In this document: positions 12,901-23,920 of the stretch, one piece after another
Numbering within the stretch: position 1 is the stretch's first letter
How the letters are laid out: each line of letters begins with the position of its first letter
Assembly: GCA_030141605.1 (NCBI GenBank)
Contig: JAQGDQ010000606.1
Coordinates: 1-64,000 of the forward strand
Length of the DNA stretch: 64,000 nucleotides
Source: Tubiluchus corallicola
Lineage: Eukaryota; Animalia; Priapulida
Direction: 5' to 3'
The notes under the pieces: generated by a model
Databases searched by the model: none
Told to the model about the DNA's origin: nothing
Seen by the model: the letters and a program-made list of their open reading frames with translations, nothing else
Made by a program: the position numbers and the translations under genes

Positions 12901-15784
12901 ACTAATTCGGTAAAGATGCTTTAGTCCCTTTCAAGTGAGTGCTTAAGAAGTGCTCAATGAGGTAAATACTTGGGAGAAGAAACTACTCAGAAGCAGTTCT
13001 TCTATCCATTTACTGACCAGGTTTAATGTTTATTAACTTGGTTGCTGAGCACATACGCATATTATGACCACTCAGCTATTTCTTTTGCCTGATAATGAAA
13101 ATTAAAACTCGTATTTAAAGCAGGATGACATTTTTTTCTTAATTTAGAGTCACTACAAAACCATTACGAAAACCCATGGCCTCATTTTTAACGTTCAACG
13201 CTTGCCATTCCTTTCAGAAACCAGCATTCGCGCTGCCCAATGATTCCGTTTTCACGTCCGAGTCTCTCTTGTCGCCGTCCGTTTTTCTCAGCTCCTCTGC
13301 GAGCACCGAAGCTATCGGAGAGCCCTCTGGCGGCATCCTGCCTTTCGGGGATCCGGTGATATTACCACACCATTTAGCAGGTACGTGGTTTTAATTAGCA
13401 AGTTCAGGCATGATCTTTTTACTCGCTTTTCAATTTTCGCTTTTTCTACAAATATTTAAATGCCTGTCCTAGTAATACTAGGCAGTGATATTTTATCTTA
13501 AAGTTACGTACGGTCAACCTCGGATATAAGGGACACCTCCGGACCGGAAAAAATCGTCTCTTATATCCGATGTCCGTTATAGCCGAAGTTGAGTCAGACC
13601 GAGGTCTAGACCTGCACTTTTACCCATATTTTTATGGATGTATGAAGCTCCATCCTTTAGAGCATAAGGCCTAAAAGGATTATGGGATAGATGGACAGTC
13701 AACCTCGGATATGAAGGACACCTCCGGACCAGAAAAAATCGGCCCTTATATCCGATGTCCCTTAAAGCTGAAGTTGAGTCAGAGCGAGGGTGTATCTAGA
13801 CCTGCACTTTTATCCATATTTTTATGGATTATTGTTACACATTCAGTGCAAACGGTATGTAGGAAGCTCCTTCATTGATGCAAGATGTATGTGACCGCGG
13901 AAACCGAGCTGTTCGAAGACCGAGTTTGCGAAAAATTGAGATTAAAAATCGATCAATTTCACTTGAGCAAGTTTTTGTTTTTTTATGTTTACATCTAGTT
14001 ACTCACATCATTACAGCCACAAGACCCGACCGAAGTCCAAGGGAATACAGTCGGGCCCACGCTGGGTCTTGGCATAGGCTTTTTAGGATGTAAAAAATAT
14101 TTGATCATAGGGTCCCTTATATGCGAGGTAATTTACCTGGGTTTCTATTACGCTGGATCTGAAGATATTGTCCCTTATAACCGAAAGTCCATTATATCCG
14201 AGACGAAGATTCTTATTAGGAAAAGCGTTACGAAAAATTGGGACCGGTGTTGGTGGTCCCTTGTAAGCAAATATCCGTTATAAGCAAGCACCTTATACCC
14301 GAGGTTGACTGTACATAGTTCATCATGTAATATCATCTTGATTAGTCGCCATTTTTGTTAGATTTCTTTGCTGTAATTGACAGAAACGGGGAATCAGTGA
14401 TACATTTAAATAGCATGTCATTATTTGCTATCATAGCATAGCTATCTTTCAATGTAGGCAATCATGGCAACCTTTGCTCAGCACACGCACGTGCTGCCAT
14501 CTTTCAGTGTAGGCAATCATGGCAACCTTTGCTCACTCAGCACACGCACATGCTGCCATCTTTCAATGTAGGCAATCATGGCAACTTTTGCTCACTCAGC
14601 ACACGCACGTGCTGCCGTCTTTCAATGTAGGCAATCATGGCAACCTTTGCTCACTCAGCACACGCACATGCTGCCATCTTTCAATGTAGGCAATCATGGC
14701 AACTTTTGCTCACTCAGCACACGCACGTGCTGCCGTCTTTCAATGTAGGCAATCATGGCAACCTTTGCTCAGCACACGCACGTGCTGCCATCTATCGAAA
14801 ATTTAATTCACCATACCATCGTAGTTATAATAACACTAAATGTAATTTTCATTATTCAATGTTAGCTGGTTCATGGTGTCAGTATTTTGCTGTTAATCAC
14901 AAATTAATCAGCGGTTTATCTTGTTAATTGATCGATACGTTGAGATATTACATAATTAACCCTTTCATACCCGTTGTATCCCGTGGGATACGAGAATATT
15001 TTCTGCCTTTAAAATTAATAAAATTTTAAAACTGACAGTTATTTGATCTGTTAATAGTTATTTTGATTTAAGCCAATAACAATAGACTAAAAATAGTGAT
15101 AAAATGGCAAACTAGAAAATCTACATAGCATAAAAAACTGTGCAAGGTACAGTACTTTAGAGACGACTTTGTACAGATCAGCATAGCATGCATACTAAAT
15201 GTCTTAAATACTTTAAAAAATTATCAGCAGTTGCAAAATGAAGCACATTTTATGCTTCCATTGAATCCCAATGTATCCCGTGGGATACAGGCTATATTTA
15301 GCACGCGGGCACAGGTAGAAAAAATAATAATTATTATGTGTAAACAAGATGGACGTGCTGAACAAAAATACCAAGCCAAAAATTTTTTCTTATTACAAAA
15401 ATAATTTGGGACTGAAAGAGTTAAAGTAAAACTAAACACATTAAATAACATTTAAATAGCAAATACATCAATTCGTACTGTCACTACAATTACAAAAAAC
15501 ATCCCTTCAATAACGTTGATGTTATGATCTTGATAATCTTGTTAATTACAGTTTTTCCTTGTAGGTGGAGCCAGCGTACTGTCACTATAATTACAAAAAA
15601 CATCCCTTCAATAACATTGATGTTATGATCTTGATAATCGTGTTAGTTACAGTTTTTCCTTGTAGGTGGAGCCAGCGTACATCTCCCTGGTAACCATACG
15701 TCTAAAACACAGTCAAGTCAGGTTCCTGCCATTACACCACTGACTAGGGAGCAGCTTCAACAAGCTCTGGTACATCTACTAAAT
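778..15784 (+). CDS. DCP1: mRNA-decapping enzyme subunit 1 (DCP1A/B-like), spliced gene; 9 coding exons, terminal exon not found
   Basis: Spliced translation begins MATSSEAKINLAALQRCDPYITEIVDTATQVALYTFSSAGVEW/EKTDVEGTLFVYSR/SATPNNGFMIMNRLSTENMIEPITKDLEFQLQDPFLLYRNAS/SIYGIWFYDKDEC (EVH1 domain). It then has IDILEMLSRAQHEYDK (motif I), LLSPSVF and PLTREQLQQALVHLLN (start of the trimerisation domain). All introns are GT-AG with compatible phases; 468 codons. Confidence 0.96.
1481..1838. mobile_element. piggyBac-like MITE family A (other copies 14960-15420 and 51660-52117, in opposite orientation)
   Basis: TTAA|CCC...GGG|TTAA termini with short TIRs; three homologous copies. Confidence 0.8.
2046..2086 (+). 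CDS. DCP1: DCP1 exon 2
   Basis: TTTGTAG|EKTDVEGTLFVYSR|GTAAAG. Confidence 0.95.
2298..2730. mobile_element. hAT-like MITE family CAGGGGTGTGCAAA (copies 11025-11484, 22221-22699, 57283-57707)
   Basis: TIR CAGGGGTGTGCAAA; perfect 8-bp TSD TATTAAAC here and TGCTAAGT at the 22221 copy. Confidence 0.88.
3015..3403. repeat. 27-bp minisatellite (GGAAGCCAACAGGTGAGATATAGCCTA), about 14 copies
   Basis: Direct reading; explains the repetitive ORFs on both strands. Confidence 0.97.
3756..4110 (-). mobile_element. probable solo LTR
   Basis: TGTT...AACA termini, 355 bp, flanks ATAC/TTAC (near 4-bp TSD), composition distinct from the surrounding intron. Confidence 0.5.
4490..4617 (+). CDS. DCP1: DCP1 exon 3
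   Basis: TTTTAG|...GFMIMNRL...EPITKDLEFQLQDPFLLYRNAS|GTGAGT. Confidence 0.95.
5040..5982. mobile_element. TTAA-inserting (Kolobok-like) MITE AGGAAAACCGGA with nested MITE at 5538-5825; copies 42340-42868, 63372-63914, partial 4648-4890 and 25640-26048
   Basis: TIR AGGAAAACCGGA...TCCGGTTTTCCT with TTAA-like flanks; homologous bodies. Confidence 0.75.
6506..6772. repeat. 44-bp minisatellite, 6 copies
   Basis: TTTGAAAAAGCTGATTACAATATGGTTCACACCGACATTTTCTA repeated almost perfectly. Confidence 0.97.
6950..7290. repeat. unclassified dispersed repeat (related sequence at about 46380-46720 and 57995-58185)
   Basis: Shared GGTCAAAGGTTAAGTGTAC and CTAGCAGGATCTTGCTTGGGAA blocks. Confidence 0.65.
7430..7496 (+). 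CDS. DCP1: DCP1 exon 4
   Basis: TTTTCAG|SIYGIWFYDKDECARIGQLVN|GTGAGT. Confidence 0.95.
7978..8137 (+). CDS. DCP1: DCP1 exon 5
   Basis: ACAG|...IDILEMLSRAQHEYDK|GTGACT. Confidence 0.92.
8684..9203. mobile_element. DNA-transposon-like element CAGTGGTGGCTC...GAGCCGTCACTG (partial copies about 8260-8570 and 37710-38190)
   Basis: Imperfect TIR and homologous copies; TSD not clear. Confidence 0.65.
9755..10108 (+). CDS. DCP1: DCP1 exon 6 (low-complexity region with helical Leu-rich motif LSISELF)
   Basis: GC-rich open frame, TTGTAG acceptor (alternative in-frame AG 6 nt downstream), CAG|GTACGT donor, phase 0/0. Confidence 0.88.
11533..11775 (+). CDS. DCP1: DCP1 exon 7
   Basis: TATGTAG|PLEEPKPALPDLSP...HSLTH|GTAGGT, phase 0/0. 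Confidence 0.82.
12402..12887. mobile_element. hAT-like MITE family CAGGGATGAGAAT (copies 15862-16322, 31125-31625, 41427-41919, about 55353-55873, internally deleted 61377-61550)
   Basis: TIR CAGGGATGAGAAT...ATTCTCATCCCTG; 8-bp TSD ACGTGATC around the 61377 copy; very similar bodies. Confidence 0.88.
13218..13380 (+). CDS. DCP1: DCP1 exon 8
   Basis: CTTTCAG|KPAFALPND...LLSPSVF...HLA|GTACGT, phase 0/1. Confidence 0.85.
13511..14311. mobile_element. Tc1/mariner (pogo/Tigger-like) MITE CAGTCAACCTCGG (copies 19816-20600 inverted, partial 49310-49646)
   Basis: TA|CRGTCAACCTCGG...CCGAGGTTGACTG|TA; duplicated left end at about 13696. Confidence 0.8.
14445..14792. repeat. 55-59-bp minisatellite, about 6 copies
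   Basis: ATCTTTCAATGTAGGCAATCATGGCAACCTTTGCTCACTCAGCACACGCACGTGCTGCC. Confidence 0.95.
15475..15680 (+). repeat. 101-bp tandem duplication spanning the DCP1 exon-9 acceptor
   Basis: Two copies of ...TTTTTCCTTGTAG|GTGGAGCCAGCGTAC; CGTAC microhomology at the junctions. Confidence 0.95.
15666..15784 (+). CDS. DCP1: DCP1 exon 9 (first helix of trimerisation domain)
   Basis: CCTTGTAG|...PLTREQLQQALVHLLN|GTAAGT, phase 1/0. Confidence 0.92.
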
Positions 15785-16556
15785 GTAAGTGAACTTAATT
15801 CTGTCATTAGCAATGATTTCAGTTCTTTTCAACGCATTTTATGTCGGTCACTACGAGCGACCAGGGATGAGAATTTTCCGCGGATATGCGGAATTCCGAG
15901 TTTTTGCAAGACCAGTAGTGCCGTTTTTATAAATCGCGTAAATTCGTTGAGAAAATTTTTACGGACCCAGTACATTATTTCACAAGCTGACCGCTAGTTG
16001 GCAGGCCGTCACTTTGTTTACATCACGTACATCAGTGTAACCACGTGTATATCTCTATGTATAAAAATATAGAATCAATTGTGTGGAGTTATTTGAGTCA
16101 ATTGCAGACAGTTTTTATATAGTTTTGCATAGGAGCGGCCAGTACTTAGGTGTTTTTGAGACAATTAGGTATCATGTATCCTTGATAGTTGGGTATTTTG
16201 AATTATGCATGAAACAAGGTAATTGATATTTTAAGTCCACTTAGAGGCTCTCTATATCATACGTGGCCCCCAAAAGTTCCGGCCTGTTTCAGAGTTTTTG
16301 CAATTTGTCATTCTCATCCCTGTATAAACATTATGTAAAGTTTTAAGAAATAATCAGAGCTTTCGTGGTGCACTTGTTGCTAACTAATTAAAATTTTATT
16401 AACGAGATATAGTATTTAAGGGTGTTATGTGATTGATCAATGCTAGTGCCATTTGCAGACAATAGACAAAAAATGTTGGTCAGTGCTGTTTCCGAAGTGT
16501 GTAATGTCGTACGTAAAATCTTTCTAATGATAATCTCATATTAAACTTTTTCCTAT

Positions 16557-17225
16557 ATATGTGCGCTTGCAAACCAGAACCACCCATCGGTGGGCATAGT
16601 CAAAACTACGTTATGATGCTTCGAAGTAGAATGACCCAAAAATTTAGTCAAATGTCAATTTTTCATATTTTATAAAAACCAATGCTAAATATATTGGACT
16701 TTTATATTCTAGCATCAAATTATCAAGAAAGTGTTCAAAAAATAGTAAAAATTTAGTTTTATAAATCCTTACCCACTTTTCTGTCTGGAAACTAGTACTG
16801 AAATTGTAAAAAAATTGTATTTTCAAGCCACGATAGTAGCTCGTGGAAGCAGTCATTTTGCTCCTGTTTTTTCTGTTGACAAGACCAGATCTTCATCAGG
16901 AAGAGCCATCTACTGGATTTAAGTATAACTTCAATGTGCTCTTGCAAAGTCCATAGCAACCAACATTTGTACGGTTGCTAAGTGTTTTGTAGAAACGTGA
17001 CAAAAAACAATGGCTGACTTTAACAGTGATTTTCTCAAGATTATGTTTTTCAGTGCATAGCCTGCACCTGAACTTCAACATGGATTATCTCAGCTTAGAA
17101 ATAACATAGAGTGATGAACTTGGTATCAAAATGATCCTCATGAAATGGAGATTTAGGATATGTGAATAACTAGAAAAACTTAATTGTTGACTTATGGACG
17201 ATTTTACTATGCAAGCACGCATATA
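16557..17225. mobile_element. TIR element, unclassified
   Basis: Terminal inverted match TATATGTGCGCTTGCA ... TGCAAGCACGCATATA. Confidence 0.5.
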
Positions 17226-17789
17226 GAAAACATTACACTCATATCTCGGTTTGCCGGATAAAAGCAGGGAGACGTTGGTCCGAATTCATCGATATTTGCT
17301 CGCATTTTCCAACACCAAGCTGTAGAATCAATCGCCTAATTGTCTCAAAAAATGTACGTGCCGCTCATATATGAAAGAATATAAAACCTTTGACAGTTGA
17401 CTCAAATAACTCCACATAATTGACTCTAAACCACTCACACACGCTGATTAAACCAATAAACACGCTGACATACAAGCTACACACGTGTCGCGTTACATGC
17501 TGTTTGGATGTAAACAAAGTGACAGCCCGCCAACTAGCGGTCAGCTCGTGAAATAACGGACTGTGTCTGTAGTATGCCGTAGTTTTTAATGGACAAGATC
17601 TTGTCCAAATTTTCCAATATTTCTAAAAGCGTAATTTGGCAAACAGAAATATGAGAGCATCCAATGGATATGCTTCATTTGCATCTTGCACTGATTGTTC
17701 CACATCTATAATTTTACTCTTAAAAATTTTTAATTGTTCTTAAGGTTACCGCATATGAAAAGACAGCATGTTTCTGTTAGATTTAATTA

Positions 17790-18372
17790 CTGTATTTATT
17801 CGAGTATAATGCGCAAAATTTTCTACCTAAAAAAGAACTCAAAGTTTAGGTGAGCGTTATAAACGAGGGCTGGGGTGACACGCTTAGATGCATCAATATA
17901 TTATTTGTGCAATGACTCATTAGTCGAAGATATCGCTGACCACAACATTGAATGCAGCCGCATTTCTCGACCCACAAAACGCCTATGGTCTATTTTTAGT
18001 AACAGTATCCAAAGCATTTGCGTTGACTCACTGCAGAGGCGAGGCGTAGCTAAGGAAATGATCAATTACATTTGCGTCATCAGCAGACTTTGTTTCTGCA
18101 ACTCGGGGTATCAAGAGAAAACGTTCTGCGTATGACGCTTCATTCAAGCTCAAAGTTTTGATTATGCTGAAATTCACGGAAATCGAGCAGCTAGCCGAGA
18201 ATTCACTGCACCAGAGACGAAAGTTAGAGACTGGAATTGTTCAACAACGTTTGTCACTTACAATGCTTGGTCTGAGCCGAGAAAAAGTGAAACAAAATTT
18301 TATACCGATTTTTAATCGAAAATTAGGGGTGTGCGTTATACACGCGTGCGCGTTATACTCGAATAAATACGG
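17790..18372. mobile_element. Tc1/mariner-like MITE
   Basis: TA|CTGTATTTATTCGAGTATAATGCGC ... GCGCGTTATACTCGAATAAATACGG|TA. Confidence 0.82.
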
Positions 18373-18641
18373 TACCTAAAAAAATCTATCCTTTGTAGTG
18401 ATTATCAGATTCCAGTAATTCGATTTACGAGGTCTGCGCCTTGGTTAACAAAGCTTAGTCCACGCAGAAAATGTGGTCCTGCTGCCATAAAAAAGTGTTC
18501 GGAAAATGCTGGTGGTTTTTATCTGTTAGTTTGGCAACCAGCGGAGTTTTGATGATATGTTTAACAGCAACCAAAGATTCAATCACAACATTTGAAACAT
18601 GAAGCCAGAACAATATCATTTGTAGTCTTTCTGACAGGAAC

Positions 18642-19037
18642 TAGGAGTGAGCATCGAATGTTCGAGTTCGATTCGAACGAGTTTTTTTAGTTTGAACTCG
18701 ATTCGAATCCAAAACTATAGATTCGAATAATTCAGCACTTCAATCACATATGCTCTTTATCACTAAAACGATTGAAACATCATGCAATTAGCATAATTTA
18801 GCTGTGATTTCTGTACACAATTTTAAACAAATTACTAGTCGTTTTATTGCAGAACAAAATCTAGTGATATGCATGATCTTTGTAAGACTAATTTTCACTG
18901 GTGGTTCGAAAACTTGTTCGAAAATCTTTCACTCTCAATTCGAATTCGAAACACTGAAGTTCGGTTCAGTTCGAATTCGAAAGTCACAAATTCGGTTCGA
19001 TTCGAATTCGCTTTCTGGTAGAGAATGCTCACCTCTA
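18642..19037. mobile_element. hAT-like MITE rich in TTCGAA motifs (degraded inverted relative about 19280-19533)
   Basis: TIR TAGGAGTGAGCAT/ATGCTCACCTCTA with perfect 8-bp TSD ACAGGAAC. Confidence 0.85.
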
Positions 19038-20903
19038 ACAGGAACGCCATCAGCTGAAAGTTTGAAAGGCTGGAGAGGGGAACCCTGTTGAATCATACGA
19101 TCATCCCGCCTGTGTAGCATCTCGGAAGGTTGCTTTACGGGAGCCGTTTCAGGAATTAAAGTTCAAATGCGCGCCAGCCAGAAGTGAATTTTGCATCGTA
19201 GGATAAACTCAACGATACTCGTATCCCTTTACCAAAATGTGGCAAGACCGGAATCTAGCTCTGTCAGAAAGCGTATTTGGATCGAATTGAGTTTGTGACT
19301 TTCGAATCAAACCAAATTTCGAGATTTCGAATCAAATTTGAATTCGAACTCAATTGCAAACATTTTCAAGTAAATTTTCCAGTCATTAATAAAATGCAGT
19401 CTAACAAAGATAGTGCATATTGGTTGATTTTACTCTTCAGTAAAAGCACTAATAATATGTTTAAAAATTGGGCACAGCTAAATTGTTCGAATTGGATTTA
19501 AACTGAAAACTCGAACGTTTGGCGCTCATCCTCACTGTTTTGTATGTAATTTTGTAAAGTACTCGTATGAAACAGCATCTGCCATAGTTGCTTGTTTGAC
19601 CTAAAAGCGCCACTTTTTTGAATCCTGTTGTGCATGATTCGCATCAATGAATAGCACCAATAGTTTACTTCAATCGATGCCTGGAATACCCGAATATGCT
19701 GAAAACAATATGGGTGTTGTAAAAAAACAGTATAACAATACACTTCCCTACAACATCATTATCATTTTTTTATAAAAAAATGCGTCGCACATCTACCGGC
19801 TGACTAGACCTAGTACAGTCAACCTCGGGTACAAGGTACTCGCTTATAAGGTACTCTTATAAGGGAAACTTGCTTATAAGGTACTCTCTTATAAGGTACT
19901 CACTTATAAGGGAAACTTGCTTATAAGGTATTCTCTTATAAGGTACTCTCTTATAAGGTACTCTCTTATAAGGTACTCTCTTACAAGGTACTCACTTATA
20001 AGGGAAACTTGCTTATAAGGTACTCACTTATAAGGAACCACCAACAACGGTCCCGATTTTTCGTAACGTTTTTCCTATGTACAAATCTTTGTATATAAGG
20101 TACTCGTATATAAGGGATTTTCGGCTATAAGGGACAATATCTTCAGGTCCCGCGTAATAGAAACCCAGGTAAATTACCTCGCATATAAGGTACCCTATGA
20201 CCAAATATTTTTTACATCCTAAAAAGCCTATGCCGAGATTCCGCGTGGGCACGACTGTATTCCCCTGGACTTCAGTCGAATCTCGTAACTAGATGTAAAT
20301 ATAAAAAAGATTTAGTTGCTCAAGCGAAATTGAACAATTTTTAACCTCAATTTTTCGCAAACTCGGCCTTCGAACAGCTCGGTTTCTGCGGTCACATACA
20401 TCTCGCATCACTGAAGAAGCTTCCTACTTACCGTTTGCACTGAATGTGTCGCAATAATCTATAAAAAATGTTTAAAAGTACAGAAAAGTACAGGCCTAGA
20501 TACATCCTCAGCCTGACTCAACTTCGGCTACAAGAGACATCGGACATAAGGCACGGTTTTTTCCGGTCCGGAGGTGTCCTTCATATCCGAGGTTTGACTG
20601 TATGTCCATCTATCCCATAATCCTTTTAGGCCTTATGCTCTAAACAAATTAAATGTAACACACGCGCAGTATAGTTGCTTCATGTAAGCGAATAACATTT
20701 GTGGCAACTAGCATGTGATGGTAGGAATTAAAAGACTATATGTGTGAAAATGAACTTTTCTTTAGGTGCATGCATGTTTGAACTGTGCTCATGACTCCGC
20801 TGACGTCCATGTTGTCAAGATCTCAGTTTTTGCAGTTTTCGAACTGGTGAAAATAATTGTTGTACTACTCTAGCTGTCTTTGTAAGAAACTTTAAACTAC
20901 ACC

Positions 20904-21456
20904 NNNNNNNNNNNNNNNNNNNNNNNNNNNNNNNNNNNNNNNNNNNNNNNNNNNNNNNNNNNNNNNNNNNNNNNNNNNNNNNNNNNNNNNNNNNNNNNNN
21001 NNNNNNNNNNNNNNNNNNNNNNNNNNNNNNNNNNNNNNNNNNNNNNNNNNNNNNNNNNNNNNNNNNNNNNNNNNNNNNNNNNNNNNNNNNNNNNNNNNNN
21101 NNNNNNNNNNNNNNNNNNNNNNNNNNNNNNNNNNNNNNNNNNNNNNNNNNNNNNNNNNNNNNNNNNNNNNNNNNNNNNNNNNNNNNNNNNNNNNNNNNNN
21201 NNNNNNNNNNNNNNNNNNNNNNNNNNNNNNNNNNNNNNNNNNNNNNNNNNNNNNNNNNNNNNNNNNNNNNNNNNNNNNNNNNNNNNNNNNNNNNNNNNNN
21301 NNNNNNNNNNNNNNNNNNNNNNNNNNNNNNNNNNNNNNNNNNNNNNNNNNNNNNNNNNNNNNNNNNNNNNNNNNNNNNNNNNNNNNNNNNNNNNNNNNNN
21401 NNNNNNNNNNNNNNNNNNNNNNNNNNNNNNNNNNNNNNNNNNNNNNNNNNNNNNNN
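20904..21456. other. assembly gap (N run)
   Basis: 553 N. Confidence 1.
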
Positions 21457-23209
21457 GCTGCCCAATCTATGATAACTTAAAGGAAGACAGGATGATTTTT
21501 CATTCTGCTCATTCGTGAGTTTATGTAACTAAATCTGTTTTTCCCTCGCAATTTAAGTAAAAATAAGCTAAGTTTTTTCATTGTTTGTCGCATGGAAGAC
21601 ATGGCGTTCGTGATATGTGTATTATTATTTCTTTTTGTGTGAGGGGTATTCTTGCAATTGCTTCTGCATTTATTAGCTGTGTGGGCGGTTCGTTTGTTAG
21701 GTTCGTATCTACGTGAACTGAGTGGTTTCATCGATAAGCTCACGTTTCTCATTACTTGTTTAGATTTGTTGATTTTGTTGTTTAGAGTTGCTATAACAAT
21801 TAGTACAGTCACAATTATCATAAGAGGTACAGATTTGATGTTACTGAGCAACAGAAGTTTGAAAGGCACTGCCTTTTGTGCATTGTAGTTAAAGCTATTT
21901 TTAAATAGCACCCTCGTGCAGTGACTTTCATTTTCAGCCACTAGATGTCGTTAGTTGGCAGTTCGGATAAATGAGAAATGATGTTGTAGATAGGGACAGC
22001 AGATGTGTAACTTGTAAAATAGTTCTCTTTTGTACACACGCTTTGCATAACTTTCATATCCTCAATTGTAACGCTGGTTCTGATGAGTCTACTGTTTTTT
22101 AGTACTCCTTTACCATGCAGTATCATAGTACATTGTTAGTAGGCCTACTTACTGTAGCAAAACAGTGAAGACACGACATGCTTTTCCGACATTATGAAGC
22201 TGTTGAGTAACCTGCTAAGTCAGGGGTGTGCAAAGTGCAGCTCGCGGGCCACTTGCGGCCCGCAAAGAGATTTGTCAACCTAATGAAAGTGCGGCCCGGG
22301 GCGATTAATTGAGTGTATCCAGCTGAAGTCCATGCCACGATCCCAAAGATAGTGCGGGTAGTTTTTTCTACTAGATCTGATGCCATTAACCCTTACAAAA
22401 CGGTTGTAGCTTAATGTCACTGTACTACACAGATTGTGTGATACACATTACTAATATACATTGTAATGAAATTACCACTATCTGTCCTGAAAGTAGAAAT
22501 ATATGGTTTGTAATATAAATTTTAATAACTTCTAAAATAGTTTCTTGAGTGTAGTAGTAATGATGTACGCAGGTCGGATGCAAAAAAATTGTTATTAGGC
22601 CTTTCTGTACTTGGCTCCTTGATCAAACTGCATGTGGCCCGCAGGAATTGCGGGAAAGTTTAATGTGACCCGGCTAGTCAGATAATTTGCACACCCCTGT
22701 GCTAAGTCTATTGCTGTCAGCATTAATTATTGTAAGAGAGAATACATTCAGCTGTTTTGATCCTAGATAATGGACCATTGTTCATGATAACGAACAAAGG
22801 TTAAGTGCATCTGTTAGTTGAGTTTTTCTCATTCCATTTCTAAGCAAGTGACGTTAATTTTAGTCATTTGTATAGTTCGTTGTTAACACAAATGTGCCGT
22901 TTAGACCTGTGTGTGAAGAAAATTGTAGTTGAATTTGTCACGAAAAGAAAGAAAACGAAACAAAATGTTGTTGCGTTCAACTTTTTTGTAACTGATAGCA
23001 ACAAAAGTGGTATAAATAATATAACATGCACAACTACCAACATCCGTAGACATAGAGTAGGTACTGATAACCAAAGCTCTTTCAAAAGGCGTTTGAATCG
23101 GACCCTTGCTGATGGGCGTATAGCTATATCATCGTGTTATTGAAAATTCTGGCATGATAAAGTGCAAAGCAGTAGTAGCAGCTAGCTTATTTTTGTTAAC
23201 AAGACAGTA

Positions 23210-23920
23210 CAATTCAATTTATTGCTCAAATACGTGATTATAATGTACATTGGTAAAACACAACACAGTACGTACATGTCAAATAGTACATACATATAAA
23301 GTTAACTTACAGAAACTTACATATAGCAGGACAGTTTGGACCCTTACTGTGAAAGAAAATACGATCAAATACACAATTTTTATTACTAGATTCACTTTGC
23401 AAGATGTTAGTTTAGTTAGTTTAAACATAATTTATTCAGGATTGGATCAGACAGTTTGTACAACATGATTTAGGATCCTCACCACAACAGACTTTATACA
23501 CTATTTACAAGAACATTTACAGTAAGAATATACTATAACTACACAAGCTGACACGTTTTACCACAGTGATACATTAGACATTAGTAGAAAATGACGGTTA
23601 GTAAATATTAATGTACGATTATTTAAGAATGATGCATTTTATATCAGATAGAAACTACTGGAAGCGCTTAGTACGTAATATAAAGTCATGTATACACTGG
23701 AATATTTTACAGTTAGTAACATAGTTAAATTCGTCTTTTCCGAATAATAACAACTTCAACAGATCATTATTTCCTAAGGCAGCTTTATTAAGGCTTTCGG
23801 GCAGAAGTATTTCATTTAATTTATCAAACATAACTACCCTAGCTAGTTGATGCAATGGGCAGTGCAACAAAAAGTGTTCAACAGACTCAAATCGGAATCC
23901 ACAGTTACAATTTGGCAATA
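23210..23920 (-). mobile_element. 5'-truncated non-LTR retrotransposon 3' end
   Basis: C-terminal ORF2 motif CNCG...ESVEHFLLHCP...LLFG...FILRTKRF*, then a UTR, AATAAA and a TTGAA tail on the minus strand. Confidence 0.85.

Noticed and set aside
13148-13243. Alternative acceptor TTTAG at 13147 for DCP1 exon 8
   Set aside because: Phase-0 reading hits TGA; the 13218 acceptor gives the conserved LLSPSVF frame.
16625-16650. AG|AAT GAC as DCP1 terminal exon (also 23627 AG|AAT GAT)
   Set aside because: Early stops, no trimerisation-domain pattern, and both sit inside repeats.
20815-21465. 216-aa ORF
   Set aside because: Almost entirely N gap.
21477-21941. 154-aa minus-strand ORF
   Set aside because: No recognisable motif or splice structure; probably antisense to a U-rich 3' UTR.
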